A stretch of DNA of 64,000 bases, from contig KZ538167.1 in assembly GCA_000934665.2 (NCBI GenBank), positions 1 to 64,000 on the forward strand. Direction: 5' to 3'. Source of the DNA: Catajapyx aquilonaris (lineage: Eukaryota). Below, one piece after another: positions 1 through 12,000 of the stretch; positions within the stretch are counted from its first letter, which is position 1; each line of letters starts with the position of its first letter. The translations under genes were made by a program, and so were the position numbers. The notes below the pieces were generated by a model, which did no database searches, was not told the origin of the DNA, and worked only from the letters and a program-made list of their open reading frames with translations.

Positions 1-524
1 CGCCGCAGTAGCGCTTTCCCATGTTAAACTCGCATAGACGGTGGCGACACTGCGGAATTTTTCCATGAGGCTCCGTAATAAGCCGTGGGCTACTACTGTT
101 TGCAAATTCAATTTACGATTTCCTGGAATTAAACACTGCAGCAAAAATGCTAAACCTCATCAAAAAATTGCAGAGTTTATGTTGGCTGATGGAGTTCTGC
201 TTGAACTGTATACAGTTCAAGCTGAAGTTATGCATTTCAGTGTAATCTACTGCATTAATAATAATATGCGTGAATGTAACTACCACATCAGCTCATTAAA
301 GACGGAATAGCTTACGGCAAATGCGATACAAAATTCATGTTGAATCGAAAATTGTGGAAGCCATCGATCAACTGGACACGTATATGCAAATTTTAATAAT
401 CACATGCTGATTTCGGAGGATTTCATACTGTTTTTTAGGTCAGACCAACAGCTTTTGTGTGATAGTCACTGTGGCTTTTTTATTTTGGCACTGTTTTTTC
501 ATAAGCTTGTGTTTTTCCATGCAG

Positions 525-695
525 GGAATCCGAAGAACAAGGTGGCCCTGAAACCTGGTCACTCGTTGATGGACTGGGTCAGACTGACCCATACTACGAA
601 TGACCTCGCAGGGACAGGTGGGTGCCTTCGAGACGTGACCCCTGATGAACTAGCCAAACACAACACCAGGAAGGACGCCTGGATGGCCCTAAAAG
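525..695 (+). CDS. CYB5R4: CYB5R4 exon: N-terminal region and start of cytochrome b5 domain ([21 protein letters not shown]...DAWMALK)
   Basis: Acceptor ttccatgcag ends at 524; donor G|gtcagt at 696; NCB5OR-type N-terminal motif. Confidence 0.93.
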
Positions 696-3600
696 GTCAG
701 TGTTACTAATATAATTAACTAGAAAATAAACGAACCGCATAAAGTAATTAATATTAATATAATTTTGCGACCTTTCTGGGACTATATCCTCCTTAGAGTA
801 CTTGGTACACCCATCCTCCCCTTGAGATTTAATAGTAATGAACCTGTCGTAGGACAAGGTTAGTTGTAACCCAGCGTGGGTGTGTCCCAAGGGAAGGAAA
901 TGAGATCCGGAATCAGACTTGATGAAAGGTATGAAATGGGACAGTTCCCCCCGGAAACTGATAAGACCCTTTTGTTGCCGCTTGGTCGGACACGCTCAGA
1001 CTTCTGTCCGACTTTATTGCAAAGATGCGCAATATATGGGAAGGACTTTTTCTTACTTTGTTCCTCTTTTTTTTTAGGAGTTTGACGTCAGCCAGAATTT
1101 TTCGTTCAAAGTTTCTGGTGCAATTTTTTTTTTCTTCTTGGCGAGAGATGAAATTGGTTGAAAACTAGGTCGCCAGTAATAATGGGAGGTAGTTTCTACA
1201 ATAGAGTTCGCCGAATCCTTACAAACTTGCTCTTCCCTATTAAGTACTATTAATGAGATGTGCAGCTCATTACTCTGGAGGAATATGATGTCGTACATAT
1301 TGCAGGTAAAGTGTACAACGTGACTCCGTACATGGATTACCATCCAGGAGGCGAAGATGAACTTATGCGTGGAGCTGGAAAAGATGCGACTGATCTCTTC
1401 AACCAGGTATTAATACCCCCATTTTAGCACCCATCCATCAACCGAAAGGATCCATTAGCAAAATGGGCTCATTCTCGCCAATTTGATTAAAGTCCTGTTT
1501 GCAGCGGAGGGGGGGTGAATTTCCTTAATCATTAATAACAGGGTTAATAATGTTAATAAATGGGGTTGCGCCACTTGGGGCCATCTCATGCTCATCAAGC
1601 AGAGTGTGGCATGTAATAAGACCATTTGAGTGCAGAGGATGATGTGCGTGGATACTCTTTTTTTTCTCCTCCTGAAAGATTCATCGATGGGTTAACTTCG
1701 AATCGATGCTCCAGAAGTGTCTGGTTGGACGCCTGAGACCTTCCACCTCATTCCTGAAGCAGATCGGACGCCTTAACTTCACGGAGAATAACAAGGGTGA
1801 GTCTGGGAATCAATGGCTGGGAATAGATCAGTTTTAATGTGCTGTATTGTTTCAGCCGGGACGTCCAGTTCAGGGAGAGGTGGGATGAATCCTCCTGCGC
1901 CCAAGTCTCCTCAGCCGCCATCTGCCCCTAGACATGACTGGTTCCAGACACTCCGATCCATATCAGTAGTGGTCTACACCCAGTGGTCTGGAGTGACGCA
2001 GGACCATGTGTGTGTCGAGTGCAGTGAGTCCAGGTTGTCCGTACTGATCAGCATCCAGGAGCACTGCTTTTACCTCCACTGGCGACCGGATGATGCCCTC
2101 AAAGATGTACTGACCATCAAGACCACCCCTGCCGGAAAAGTTGAGGTCATCCTGACCAAGGCGAACGAATCCATTTGGAAGGTATGAAGAGACGCCACAG
2201 GTTTTTGGCAAGTTATTCGCCTCCCTCTTGCTCACATCTTTAAAGAATCTAGAGCACTCGAATCCCCCAATATCCTGTATGGTATATCTGCCTCTTGCAG
2301 TATCATATCTGCCATCATTTGGCACCATTTCCACTCACTGGGTTATTGACGGAGCCAACTGGCTGTGCCAAAGGAGACTTGTTGCTCTGGGTACAATATT
2401 GTCGATGGTCGTTGTCATCAGCGTTACTCAGTATATATATGAGTGGATGATTCTGAATCAGTTTATGTTGCATAAACTGTAATATTGCTTGGTACCAAAA
2501 ATTGTGTTACTGTAGACATATTTCATTACTGGCAAAATTAGTGCTTAAATCCACAATTCAAGAGATGTTACAGATTGTTTACCTCTCAGTGCAGTTGAAA
2601 GTTACCTACGTTGAAAGTCAACAATCCAGAACTTTTTCCCTTCCGTTCTCTTGGATTGTGGATTTGTGCCACGAACCTGATTATTACCACAATTAGTTGA
2701 TCTAACTGGAGACTATTTTACTCAGAGTATAGGTGAGCCCCTTGAAGGTCATGCCAGCTGGAAGCGAGAGGAGACCTGGGAAGCTCGGTTCAGGCCTTGC
2801 AGACTCGTCCATTGTTCGTCTGCCACTCACAACTGCAGGTTTCTGGTCCTGCGGCCTGAAGACGAAGGATGTCTTTTAAGGGTTTCTGTTGGAAGGCACG
2901 TCCTTTGGCGAACCAGAATCAAAGGTGCGGTTCACACAAAAAAAATCCAAAACATGGTGTTTTGAACGTCACCATTGACGTGTCAAAGCGAGAGGTGGGA
3001 TGAGGGGAGGGTTATTTGAAAATTTTGTTACGGCTTCTAATTAGCACCCGAAGCTTCTTTTGATCCGGTAATGAACGAGCTGGGAAACAAATTAGGGAGC
3101 TTGTTTCCTGAAATTCATCCATGCACATGTGACAGGCAGGATCATTTTATGGTGGACTGCTAATTAGCACCATGCGAGGAGAGGTGTATGGCTTCCTGCG
3201 ATACCATTATATTAACTCTGGAGCTGAATGCATCGGCTGGCAATGGCCGGTGCGTTTGTTGGGCAAAGGTGAGAAAGGAAGCCTCTGATTTTCATCAGCT
3301 GAAAGTTGTTGGCTCAGCGGAGAAGACTTTTATATGTCATCTTGATTAGAAGCTGACTCTTGATGTATGGAGCAAACACGCTCAACGTTGAAGAGTTCTT
3401 AAGTTTCATCAGATTTCAACAGGCTCATTAAATGCTATATGATTTGTTAAATTATTTAATGCAACAGAAGTCAAAGAGTAATAATGATAATTATGTATTC
3501 TATCCATTCATTTAGATATGTTCCTTCTGCTCTCAGGGGAACAAGTCGTTAGAAGTTACACCCCAGTGCCTGCAGCTTTGCATCCAGCCTTCACGCAGTC

Positions 3601-5219
3601 CACAGAGGGCAGTTCCAGTGGGAGCGCAACCAGTGAGAGTACGAGCAGTCCAAAACATATGAGGAGCGATCCGATTAATTTCATCATCAAGATCTATCCC
3701 GAGGGTGTGTTCAGTCAGTATGTGGGGCAGCTGAAGGAAGGCGACACGGTGGAAATCAGTGACCCTCTGGGAGGGTTTGACGTTACTCGGCTGCACTCTG
3801 CTTCCATCTGGGTGTTGCTGGCAGCTGGAACCGGTTTCACGCCAATGACCAGGATAATTCAGTATTCGATGGAGAAGCAGCTGGCTGATCTCAGGTGCGA
3901 TGCATACCAGAGAACGACATGGATTGTTGTCTGGCATACCGCCTGGTTCTCAGAGCAACTTACACTAATAGTGTGGGATGTCATGGCTATTAGGGTGATT
4001 AACCAAATGATATAGAAGTTAATTAGTTTGTGAAGGAAAGTCCGCCCCGGATAAATTAAGCTTGGGAAAATTTAATTACAAAGATTGCCCGGTCAGCCTC
4101 GAGGGAGCTGCAAGTAGACAATCACATGGCGAGAGTAATCAGATATTGGATTAAGTGATAGAATGCATCATCTCATGCATCTTCTTTGCCCATTGCAGCT
4201 CATTATTTTGTAAAGCCTGGTTAAAGCCACAATTTCTTAACCTGCTAGCCAATACACTTAAAAGAGGCAGTTTGCAAAAAGATTTTGCCAATCAGCGACA
4301 TTTCCATTTACTCAGTTGGCACAAGCTGTAGCAGCCCCGAATCTTATCAGATGTCAGTCTGCTTACTCAATGATATTGGTTTTGTTAATGACTGAAGGGC
4401 TGCGGTATCTTGATCCATCTGGCACTCAAGGAGAAGCAAACACTCCGCTAGTGACACAAAACTGAAAGGAAAGTTAAGTGCACTTTATGCAAAGCAGCTT
4501 AGATAGGTAGATTTACACTGGATAAGTCGCAAAGCCATATTGTGCCTTTAATTTAAATGGTAACCTTTAAGTGGGCAGAAATTTAAATTAGGTAGTTTTC
4601 AGAGGTGTTTTTTTTAAATTTCAGAAGAGTTCAACTAATTTATTTTAATAAAACTGAAAAGGATATTATATGGAAAGAGCAGCTGGACCAAATCAGCATT
4701 GATAACTACTGGTAAGTAAGGTCATAGTTGTTACATTGTAGAGGACATAACAACTATTGACATTACTTGTTTTGAGTATAACGTTAGTGTAAGAGGCACC
4801 TGTAACAAGCCAAATTTTATTAATTGTCCAATTGTTTGCATGCTATCATGATTCTACTTGGGCCTGTTAATCATTCATCCAGTTATTCTAAATGCATGAG
4901 TTTGCAGCAAGTGACCAAGTCATTTGCAGGTTTGAGGTATGTCACGTCCTCTCTGAGCCATCCAGTAGTTGGAAAGGGGCAACTGGAAGAATTAGTCGAC
5001 AGCTTATAGAAATGACTGTTCCTTCTGCTTCTACCCTTTCCGAGGAACAATCCGTCTACTCCTGCATTTGTGGGCCACTGCCCTTTACTAAGGAAGCCGA
5101 AAGGTGCGCACTAATTCTTATTACCTGCGTCAACCTTAGTACTCTAATGGCAATCACATTACAGGATCCTACAAGACATGGGCTACGACAACTCCAAGTA
5201 CCACCTGTTCTTGGGATGA
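525..5219 (+). CDS. CYB5R4: Cytochrome b5 reductase 4 (NCB5OR), spliced, 5'-truncated; exons 525-695, 1306-1406, 1679-1796, 1856-2181, 2726-2924, 3537-3894, 4625-4711, 4930-5103, 5165-5219
   Basis: All eight internal introns are GT-AG and splice phases join in frame (1589 nt: 2-nt partial codon plus 528 codons and stop). Motifs occur in the NCB5OR order: [13 protein letters not shown], cytochrome b5 HPGG and IHRWVN, CS domain (HDWFQT), FAD-binding RSYTPV, NAD(P)H-binding AAGTGFTPM and CGPLPF, C-terminal HLFLG*. Confidence 0.96.
1306..1406 (+). CDS. CYB5R4: CYB5R4 exon: cytochrome b5 heme-binding HPGG segment ([33 protein letters not shown])
   Basis: ttgcag acceptor ends at 1305; CAG|gtatta donor at 1407; canonical HPGG heme-ligand motif. 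Too short for the ORF track. Confidence 0.95.
1679..1796 (+). CDS. CYB5R4: CYB5R4 exon: second heme His and linker ([19 protein letters not shown]...)
   Basis: Pyrimidine tract and aag acceptor end at 1678; G|gtgagt donor at 1797; HRWVN motif typical of NCB5OR. Confidence 0.93.
1856..2181 (+). CDS. CYB5R4: CYB5R4 exon: Pro-rich hinge and CS (p23-like) domain
   Basis: Preceded by a 59-nt intron (1797-1855); translation PRHDWFQT...GKVEVILTK...W matches a CS domain; AAG|gtatga donor at 2182. Confidence 0.92.
2726..2924 (+). CDS. CYB5R4: CYB5R4 exon: start of FAD-binding reductase domain (SIGEPLEGH...THNCRF...VGRHV)
   Basis: ctcag acceptor ends at 2725; G|gtgcgg donor at 2925; in phase with both neighbours; TH..R and G.HV motifs of b5 reductases. 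Confidence 0.9.
3537..3894 (+). CDS. CYB5R4: CYB5R4 exon: FAD-binding [16 protein letters not shown] and NAD(P)H-binding AAGTGFTPM
   Basis: ctctcag acceptor ends at 3536; AG|gtgcga donor at 3895; FNR-family motifs. Confidence 0.95.
4625..4711 (+). CDS. CYB5R4: CYB5R4 exon ([22 protein letters not shown]...)
   Basis: tttcag acceptor ends at 4624; TG|gtaagt donor at 4712; FNKTExDI.W motif. Confidence 0.93.
4930..5103 (+). CDS. CYB5R4: CYB5R4 exon ([21 protein letters not shown]...ICGPLPFT)
   Basis: tttgcag acceptor ends at 4929; AG|gtgcgc donor at 5104; W.G..GRI and CGP..F motifs. Confidence 0.94.
5165..5219 (+). CDS. CYB5R4: CYB5R4 terminal coding exon ([17 protein letters not shown])
   Basis: Preceded by a 61-nt intron (5104-5164, ttacag acceptor); TGA at 5217-5219; C-terminus typical of b5 reductases. 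Confidence 0.9.
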
Positions 5220-5384
5220 ACTTCCGGCTTCCTATTCTCCAAGCACAATTTGTGTATGTGTTAAACAAATGGACCATAGGAAACCCCCCTCTTTAAAATC
5301 TTCCCGACCAGAAACAAGAGAGATATCATTGTTAAATCCTTCGATGCTATTTATTTTTTTGGCCTTTATGGATGTAATAACTGC

Positions 5385-5390
5385 AATAAA
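5385..5390 (+). terminator. Probable polyadenylation signal of CYB5R4
   Basis: First AATAAA downstream of the stop (~165 nt), with T-rich sequence nearby. Confidence 0.55.
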
Positions 5391-6008
5391 AACACTGGTA
5401 GGCTGGCCTGCCCCCCTTTTTGCAGTTAAACATATGATTAAATGCAATTTTTTTTTTTGCATTTCAGCATTTTTGTACACCCCGCTTGCAGGGTGTTCGA
5501 TTGCAAATGTTGGCAACAGATGGCGAGGAATTTCATGCAACTGAGACGCTTCAACAGGGAGTGGTAAGTCTATGAACTACTATAGATTGTGGCATAGATG
5601 CAACGATCTTTTTCCCTTAATATAAAAAAAAGAGCCATGCCCCGAAATAGTACTAGGAAGTGGCACAATACCATAGAAAACGAGGCAGTAATTTACAACC
5701 CTTGAATTTTAAGCCGGCTACAAAAGGACCGTAAATATTGAACAGATCTACTAACATTTTATTGCACTGTAAAAATATTCCGCCCGAAGTTTCTTCCTGG
5801 TTCAGATACAATTGAGCCGTAATATTAACAATATCGATGTTAACAAATTGGCAGTGTTGTTGCTGAATTTGTTGCTTCAGTATAGGGAGCATCTTTTTGC
5901 TCCAAATGTTCTGGAGGAAGAGAATAATGCTGGGAAATCGATTTTATTTTGTTCGCTTCTGCATTCCGAGTATTGCAAGGGGCCCCTCGACTACTAGGAA
6001 AGGAAGAC

Positions 6009-6032
6009 GAAGAAGAAGAAGAAGAAGAAGAA
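6009..6032. repeat. (GAA)8 microsatellite
   Basis: Read directly. Confidence 0.9.
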
Positions 6033-9000
6033 AAAAAGAGTTCAATATGCTTTTGTGTCGAGGCGAAGAAAAGAAGCTGGCCCCGAATTTCAAATTTGGA
6101 GAGAAAAAAAAAAAAGACAGTGACTATGCCACAAGTTGTACCCGGGGCCCAACATAGCCTTTGAAATATTGTCCAAGTTATATTTGCTCGTAAACATGAA
6201 TCGTTCTTTGATGACTTTGAAGCCTTTTAATAAGGTATTTCCGATCGTTTGTTATAGACAAGAAAATGCGAGAAAACAACTAATGAATTTAATAATTTCG
6301 CAATGCATGTTGAGAATAAAATTTTGCAACTAGTGTCCTATGCAAGGTCCTATGCCAACAATGAATTCCGCAAATGGTATGAAACATAAATATTCAATAA
6401 TTCCATGTGTAAATTCATTCCATTTGAGTTATTGTTACTGCGGTGTTGACTCGTCGCTAACATGTCAATTCGACATGTGTTATATGAGGTTTGCTTATCA
6501 CTTGCAAGCCCCCGTTACTTAAAATCAATTTGGATGAGTAATTGACGAAAATTCGGTCAATTACACGCGATTGTTGTCGCAATTAGTGCACGTGCTTAAT
6601 GAATTGCAAACAATGCCCCCCCACAACCCGATCCTTCAAAAGTTAAAAGGGAGCCCCAAAAATATTCCAGCTGGGATAACGTCAATTACCATACGATTGT
6701 GCCGCAATTTGGCCTACACATATATTGTAAATCCAGTCCGAAATGTCACCTGATTTTTTAAGCCCGTTAAACACTAACAATTCACCCACTCTTTTATGAC
6801 CTGTTTTATCGCATTGTCCACACGACCCACTATGATGGTCTCGTACTATACGAATTTGTCGCACGTTCCCTTGGCTTACCCAATTTTTATGTTAAAAATA
6901 TGTGATTTCATTTTAATGCTTTTTCGCAGAAAGGTATTGGCACCAGCTATTTTCTGGAGAAAAAAAAATTGTACTACCATACTTTTTTTTTCCTCCAAAA
7001 AAGAAGAGACATTTGGGGCCCTCCGAATGTGTGCAGGCAGAAACAAAGGCAGAATGCTAACGAGGGGAATGTGGGCTCCGGATTTTCGAGAGCATTTGCC
7101 CTGGAGGGGACCGCTCTCTCCTAACAACCATTATATAGGAACGGCTTATCAGCTGCAGTAATGTACGGCATTTGTACGCGTTTTGTGCACAAGTGTATCA
7201 TAAGATACGGGGCAGAAAAAGAAAAAGGNGGGGGGGGGGGGGGAGGGGCAGGATTTTTTAGTGGCTGGGTTATACTGCCTTTGGGGCAAGTGAAGTTACA
7301 ACATAGGATATGCTGTCTCTGTCCTTTTTATGTAACGGGATTTGGAAAGCGCTGTTAAAAATTTGATATTGTCCTCACCATGAGGGAACATAATATTACC
7401 CAAATTAAAAGTAAATATGCACATTTCTAAAGTACTTGTTTACCCCCTTGTTGCAACTTGGTTTTGGGAAGCATTTCGCGCAGATCCACGTTATTGGCGT
7501 ATGATGTACTGTATATATACGAGCCGGCTCCATATAATCCAGCACTGTTTGGGTCCATAATGACAGTAATCGCTTGTGAAGGTTTATGAGATCAGGTTTT
7601 GCGCATCAGTAGGCATTGTCAACTCCGTTTCATTGTCACTTTCGATATGGGGAGTCCCATTATTGGTGAAACGATTCAGCAACAGGCGAATAACCTGGAA
7701 CAATTACGAATATTTTGTATGGTAAGCTATACCTGAGCTTGATTCTATAAACATGAGGCAGCATCCTTCCTTCAAACATTCCCGCTTTTTTTTTACGAAC
7801 CCGAAACTAACTAAAAAGTAAGCCTCATTAGATGAACAAGTACCGATAGTCGTTAATTAGCGAATTTTATTATAGTTCTAACTTATCGATTCCTATCTTT
7901 CCCCCTCTAACGAAGCCATCATTTTTTGTGAGTTGAACTGAATCCAATCTGAAGTGGCCTCGGTACCTGCCTTTTCAAAGAAACCCAGCTCGGTATATCT
8001 GATTAAAAACTAAGAGGACTATACAGGTAATTAGGTTCGAAGCGGCTCATTACGCAGCTTGACCCTTGACCTAACCAGTAGGTGGCCACACACTGGTTTC
8101 CTTTGAATTAACCCGACAGCACAATATATTCTGCAAAAGGGTGAAGTCAGACAAAGTGATTTTTTTGCTAACAGAGATCGCTGCTATTATAGGGTATGAA
8201 ATACTTTTATTTGTTTGTTTGTTTGCTTATAGCGTATATTCCTGAAGAAATATATGGTTTATTATCAAACACATTTTACTGTACGTCGAAAAAGAATTGG
8301 ACAAACATATTTTCACCTTGCTAGTGTGCTGACCAAATTTCTTCACGGAATCTGCTATAAAAATGGCAATAAAACGGTCCACTTTAAATAATGTCGGTGA
8401 GAAATTTTCGTGCGACACTTAATGAACATTCGCGCCAGTGCAAACTTGTAGACCTTTACAATATTTTCCTAGCTCCAGACAATGACGGAATGCTGTTGGG
8501 CCTACTGTAGCATGCTCCGGGTTCAGGAGAATGCGTTTGCCCGGAAGGCAGTACATTAATTACGAACCACATCACCGTGCTGTGTACACTTTTTTTTTCT
8601 ATACATTTTTTTTTTTTTTTTGTGCGGGATGCTGCCTACCATTTTGAGTCCCGAGGCGCCAAGAAACGGAGGAGCAGCCTGCAAATATGGCTTATCACTT
8701 AATCAGACACGGGTCATTATGTGGCGCATATTCTCGCTTTTTTTTAAAGTAATGGGTGCCTCGGGGCGTCAAACTGATTTTCAGCATCTTTTACAGCATG
8801 TGGGCAGGGAGCGATTTACTGTTTATAGGCTTGTTGTTAATACTGATAAAACTTTCTTACATTGCGAGAAAAAACCGGATTCAATGCTTGCCGATGTACT
8901 GTTTGAATTTCACAGGTGCGTTAAGCATGTCCTGACGCGCTTTGTGTCAACAATACGGGTTCAGACAAGCGCACCAGAGGCTTTGAAGCCGGGTTGGACC

Positions 9001-12000
9001 ACGTAGCGTCGACTATGAGTTATTTCCTCTCTGACAAAGCTGTCGCACTACAAATGGCACGATTTTCTGCCAAAAATAAATCACACACAAAAAAATGCTG
9101 TGCCCGAACACCTCCATTCTGTATGATTCCAAGCGACAGTTCGCAATTTGGATGAAAGTGTCGCAAGTTACCCCCCCNAAGTTACGTCCCCCCCAGTGAA
9201 ATATTGAAATTTCTAACATCTCCTGACGGTTGTGTATGTGCATACCTGAAGGAAACTCATGCGATATACTACTTGCAGGGCTATATCAGGAGGGCACCTA
9301 TTTGGCGAATAGGTTTCCAGGCGTGTAGTAGCAAGGCTTGAGGATCTTGAGAGAAGTGGTAGGATCAATCCTGGCAGAGAGGGGGTGGGGGCCGTAAAAG
9401 CACGGCGGAGGCAAGGCACTTACGACATTTTCTTACGAGTCGTGTCAAAGCATACGGCACCTGCATCATCCTCTGCCCCGTTTATTATAAACGCCCCATT
9501 TCCCACCCAAGTCACTATCGCACCCATGTGACCCTGGCTCCTAAGAGTGCAATCATCGTTCCATATAGCCGTGTTGATATATAAAGATAAAACGTCAGAA
9601 AAATGTGCTTAGGACGCAGGAATGGCAAACAGCGGACACATATGATGTCGGAAGCTTACAGCGCACCATCTGTCGGAAGCGTCCTTCGCTATACACCACG
9701 TGTTGAACCGCATAATTACAACATTAGTACTAACCGAGTCGATATTAATTAATTCGGCAAGAGTCGGAAGAAGAAAAAGTTCTGAGCTCTTCCCCTAAAT
9801 TAGGGCGGGGTACAATGAAATTGCAGTGTTAGCAGATTGATGGCATTCTTCGGAAGCCAGCAGCAGGTCGAAAGTTTGGCTTATTCCTCAGCAGGAGGGT
9901 TTGATGTACTCAGGCTCCCTGTATCGGGTCGCAATTTGCGGCAAACCAAAATAAGAAAAATGAGGCGAGTGTCTTGGGCAAGTTGACACCCCAGGTCATT
10001 TATATTGCTTGAGGCCTTTCCGTCGAGATGGCTTGGGAACTTTGCATATAATCATAGCGCCCTCTTTTTTTTTCTTATTTTCCTAGTGATGGATTCCTGC
10101 TGCCAGTAACGTTGCCAACGACATTTTTTTTGTGTGTGTGTGTGCCCCGGTTCTAAAACAAATGGTTGAAAAGTTTGCGTTCGAAAGGAATGGATTGTCA
10201 GATTAAACTGTTTTACACCCACTAAATTTTCCGCTTTCAACATAAGAGGAAACACACACTAGGTCCGATTTCCCCCACTCCTCGATATACCTTATAGTGT
10301 CTTATGGTGATTTAGCTCAAGCTGCAGGCATGATAAGGCTTGCCGACTTCATTTGCAAAGAAATTGAATTTCTTTTCTATTTTCACACGGTTCGGAAGGC
10401 GCTGATTTCGCACATTCAGGAGCTTATTACTTGGGAATTAATTCAAAAAAAAAAAAGGCTGAATGCGGTTGAGAAGATCGCTCGCTTTTTATATATACTC
10501 GTATTACGCTGTAGAACGCATTTTTTTCCGGCAGTTTTCATTGCGATATCCGCACGAGGTATAATCGGATTCTGCCAAATGGAGCATTGCTAAATGCTTC
10601 AAAGCCTATATATAACTGGACGCAGGCCTGAAATTTTTGCCTGGCGATTTGATATTCATCCGTGTGGAAATCGGGAGTTTTTTCACGGTGAAAGTATAGA
10701 TTGGCATATGAAACTGATGCTAAATACTTCGGAACATTTTTTTTTCTTCCCTCCATCATCAGACCTCAGAAAATTGTAATGTAAAGCACACAATCTGAGG
10801 ATATGACTCGGCGTTTCTCAAATAGCGAATTTCCCCTTATACAAACAGGCAGAAAAGTCCGGCCATCTCATTCTTTCTGGACTGTCATTCTTGTTGATCT
10901 GCGGGACCCATTCCATTTTTATTCCGACGCACACCGAGCGATAAGAAAGGTGGAATTGGCAAAGTCCAACCCCCGCCAAAAAAGAGCCCAAATCTTTCTA
11001 AAGGAGAGCAGACAGCATTTTGAGAATACCCAAGTTTTGCGGACAAACAAATAAATTTTGCTCAAAATGGAGCAAACTATTTTTTCTTTTTGGTGTGTGC
11101 CAAATCCTAATTGGTGGGAATGTTCCCTTGCGCTGAAGGAAGTTGGCAGATTTGAGAAACCCTCGGAAGATTGTGGTTGTAAAGATATATATACTCTACT
11201 TGGAGGCCGAGACTGATTTATTGTGAAGGAGGCTGGGTCCTACTAGCACGAGGAATTGTGTTTCGCGGGACGCAACGTGCTTCCTTGTTACGTCCCATGT
11301 TCATAAACTACGATTCCAAGTGTCTGAGGGAGGCCGTACATACAGGGCTAGGAAACACTTACGACGACATGACACAGCATTTACAACTTTAATATCAGTC
11401 CGGACCGGACTGAAAATCTGCCCATTTCCAAGCAATAAGAGGGGTTGAAATGATGGCTCATTAGAGCAAAAGGGAAAGGGGGGTGGATTCCGCCCCGGGT
11501 TCAATCTTTGCCCCCCCTCCTCCGGAGTTCCAGCACACTCGGCGTCTCCAGACACGTGTATGTCATTCATCACCTGAACCCACGGTTCTTGTGTAATTAA
11601 AGCCGAGATGCAGTCGTGAAAGGGCATAAAGCAGCCGAGAGGGACTCATTCTCTGGGTTTTGCCACTTTGGGGACCATTCAAAAGGAGCCTCGCTCCTTC
11701 ACCTTTAATGGAGGAATTTGAATGTGAAGCATAGGATGCGACTGTTGAATGTCAAGGTGTGCATAAATATAAAAATAGCCAAAGTTTGTGTCACAAATAA
11801 ATGAACAGAAATTCGCAAGAATAAACATTCGCAGAAAACAGCCAATGATATGACGTCCAATACGCAAATAGGCATGTATGTACATTTTAATGCTGGAACC
11901 ATTTAACTCTTTTGTAGGCTAATTATCTATTTAAATATGCAGAATTATAATTTGTACTGTAAAATTGATATAATATTTCACTAAAATTGTGCCATTTGAC

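Noticed and set aside
1..524. First CYB5R4 exon, or ORFs 41..310 and 404..524 as the N-terminus
   Set aside because: No convincing ATG plus phase-1 donor; the sequence upstream of 525 looks intronic, so the start exon is probably outside the window.
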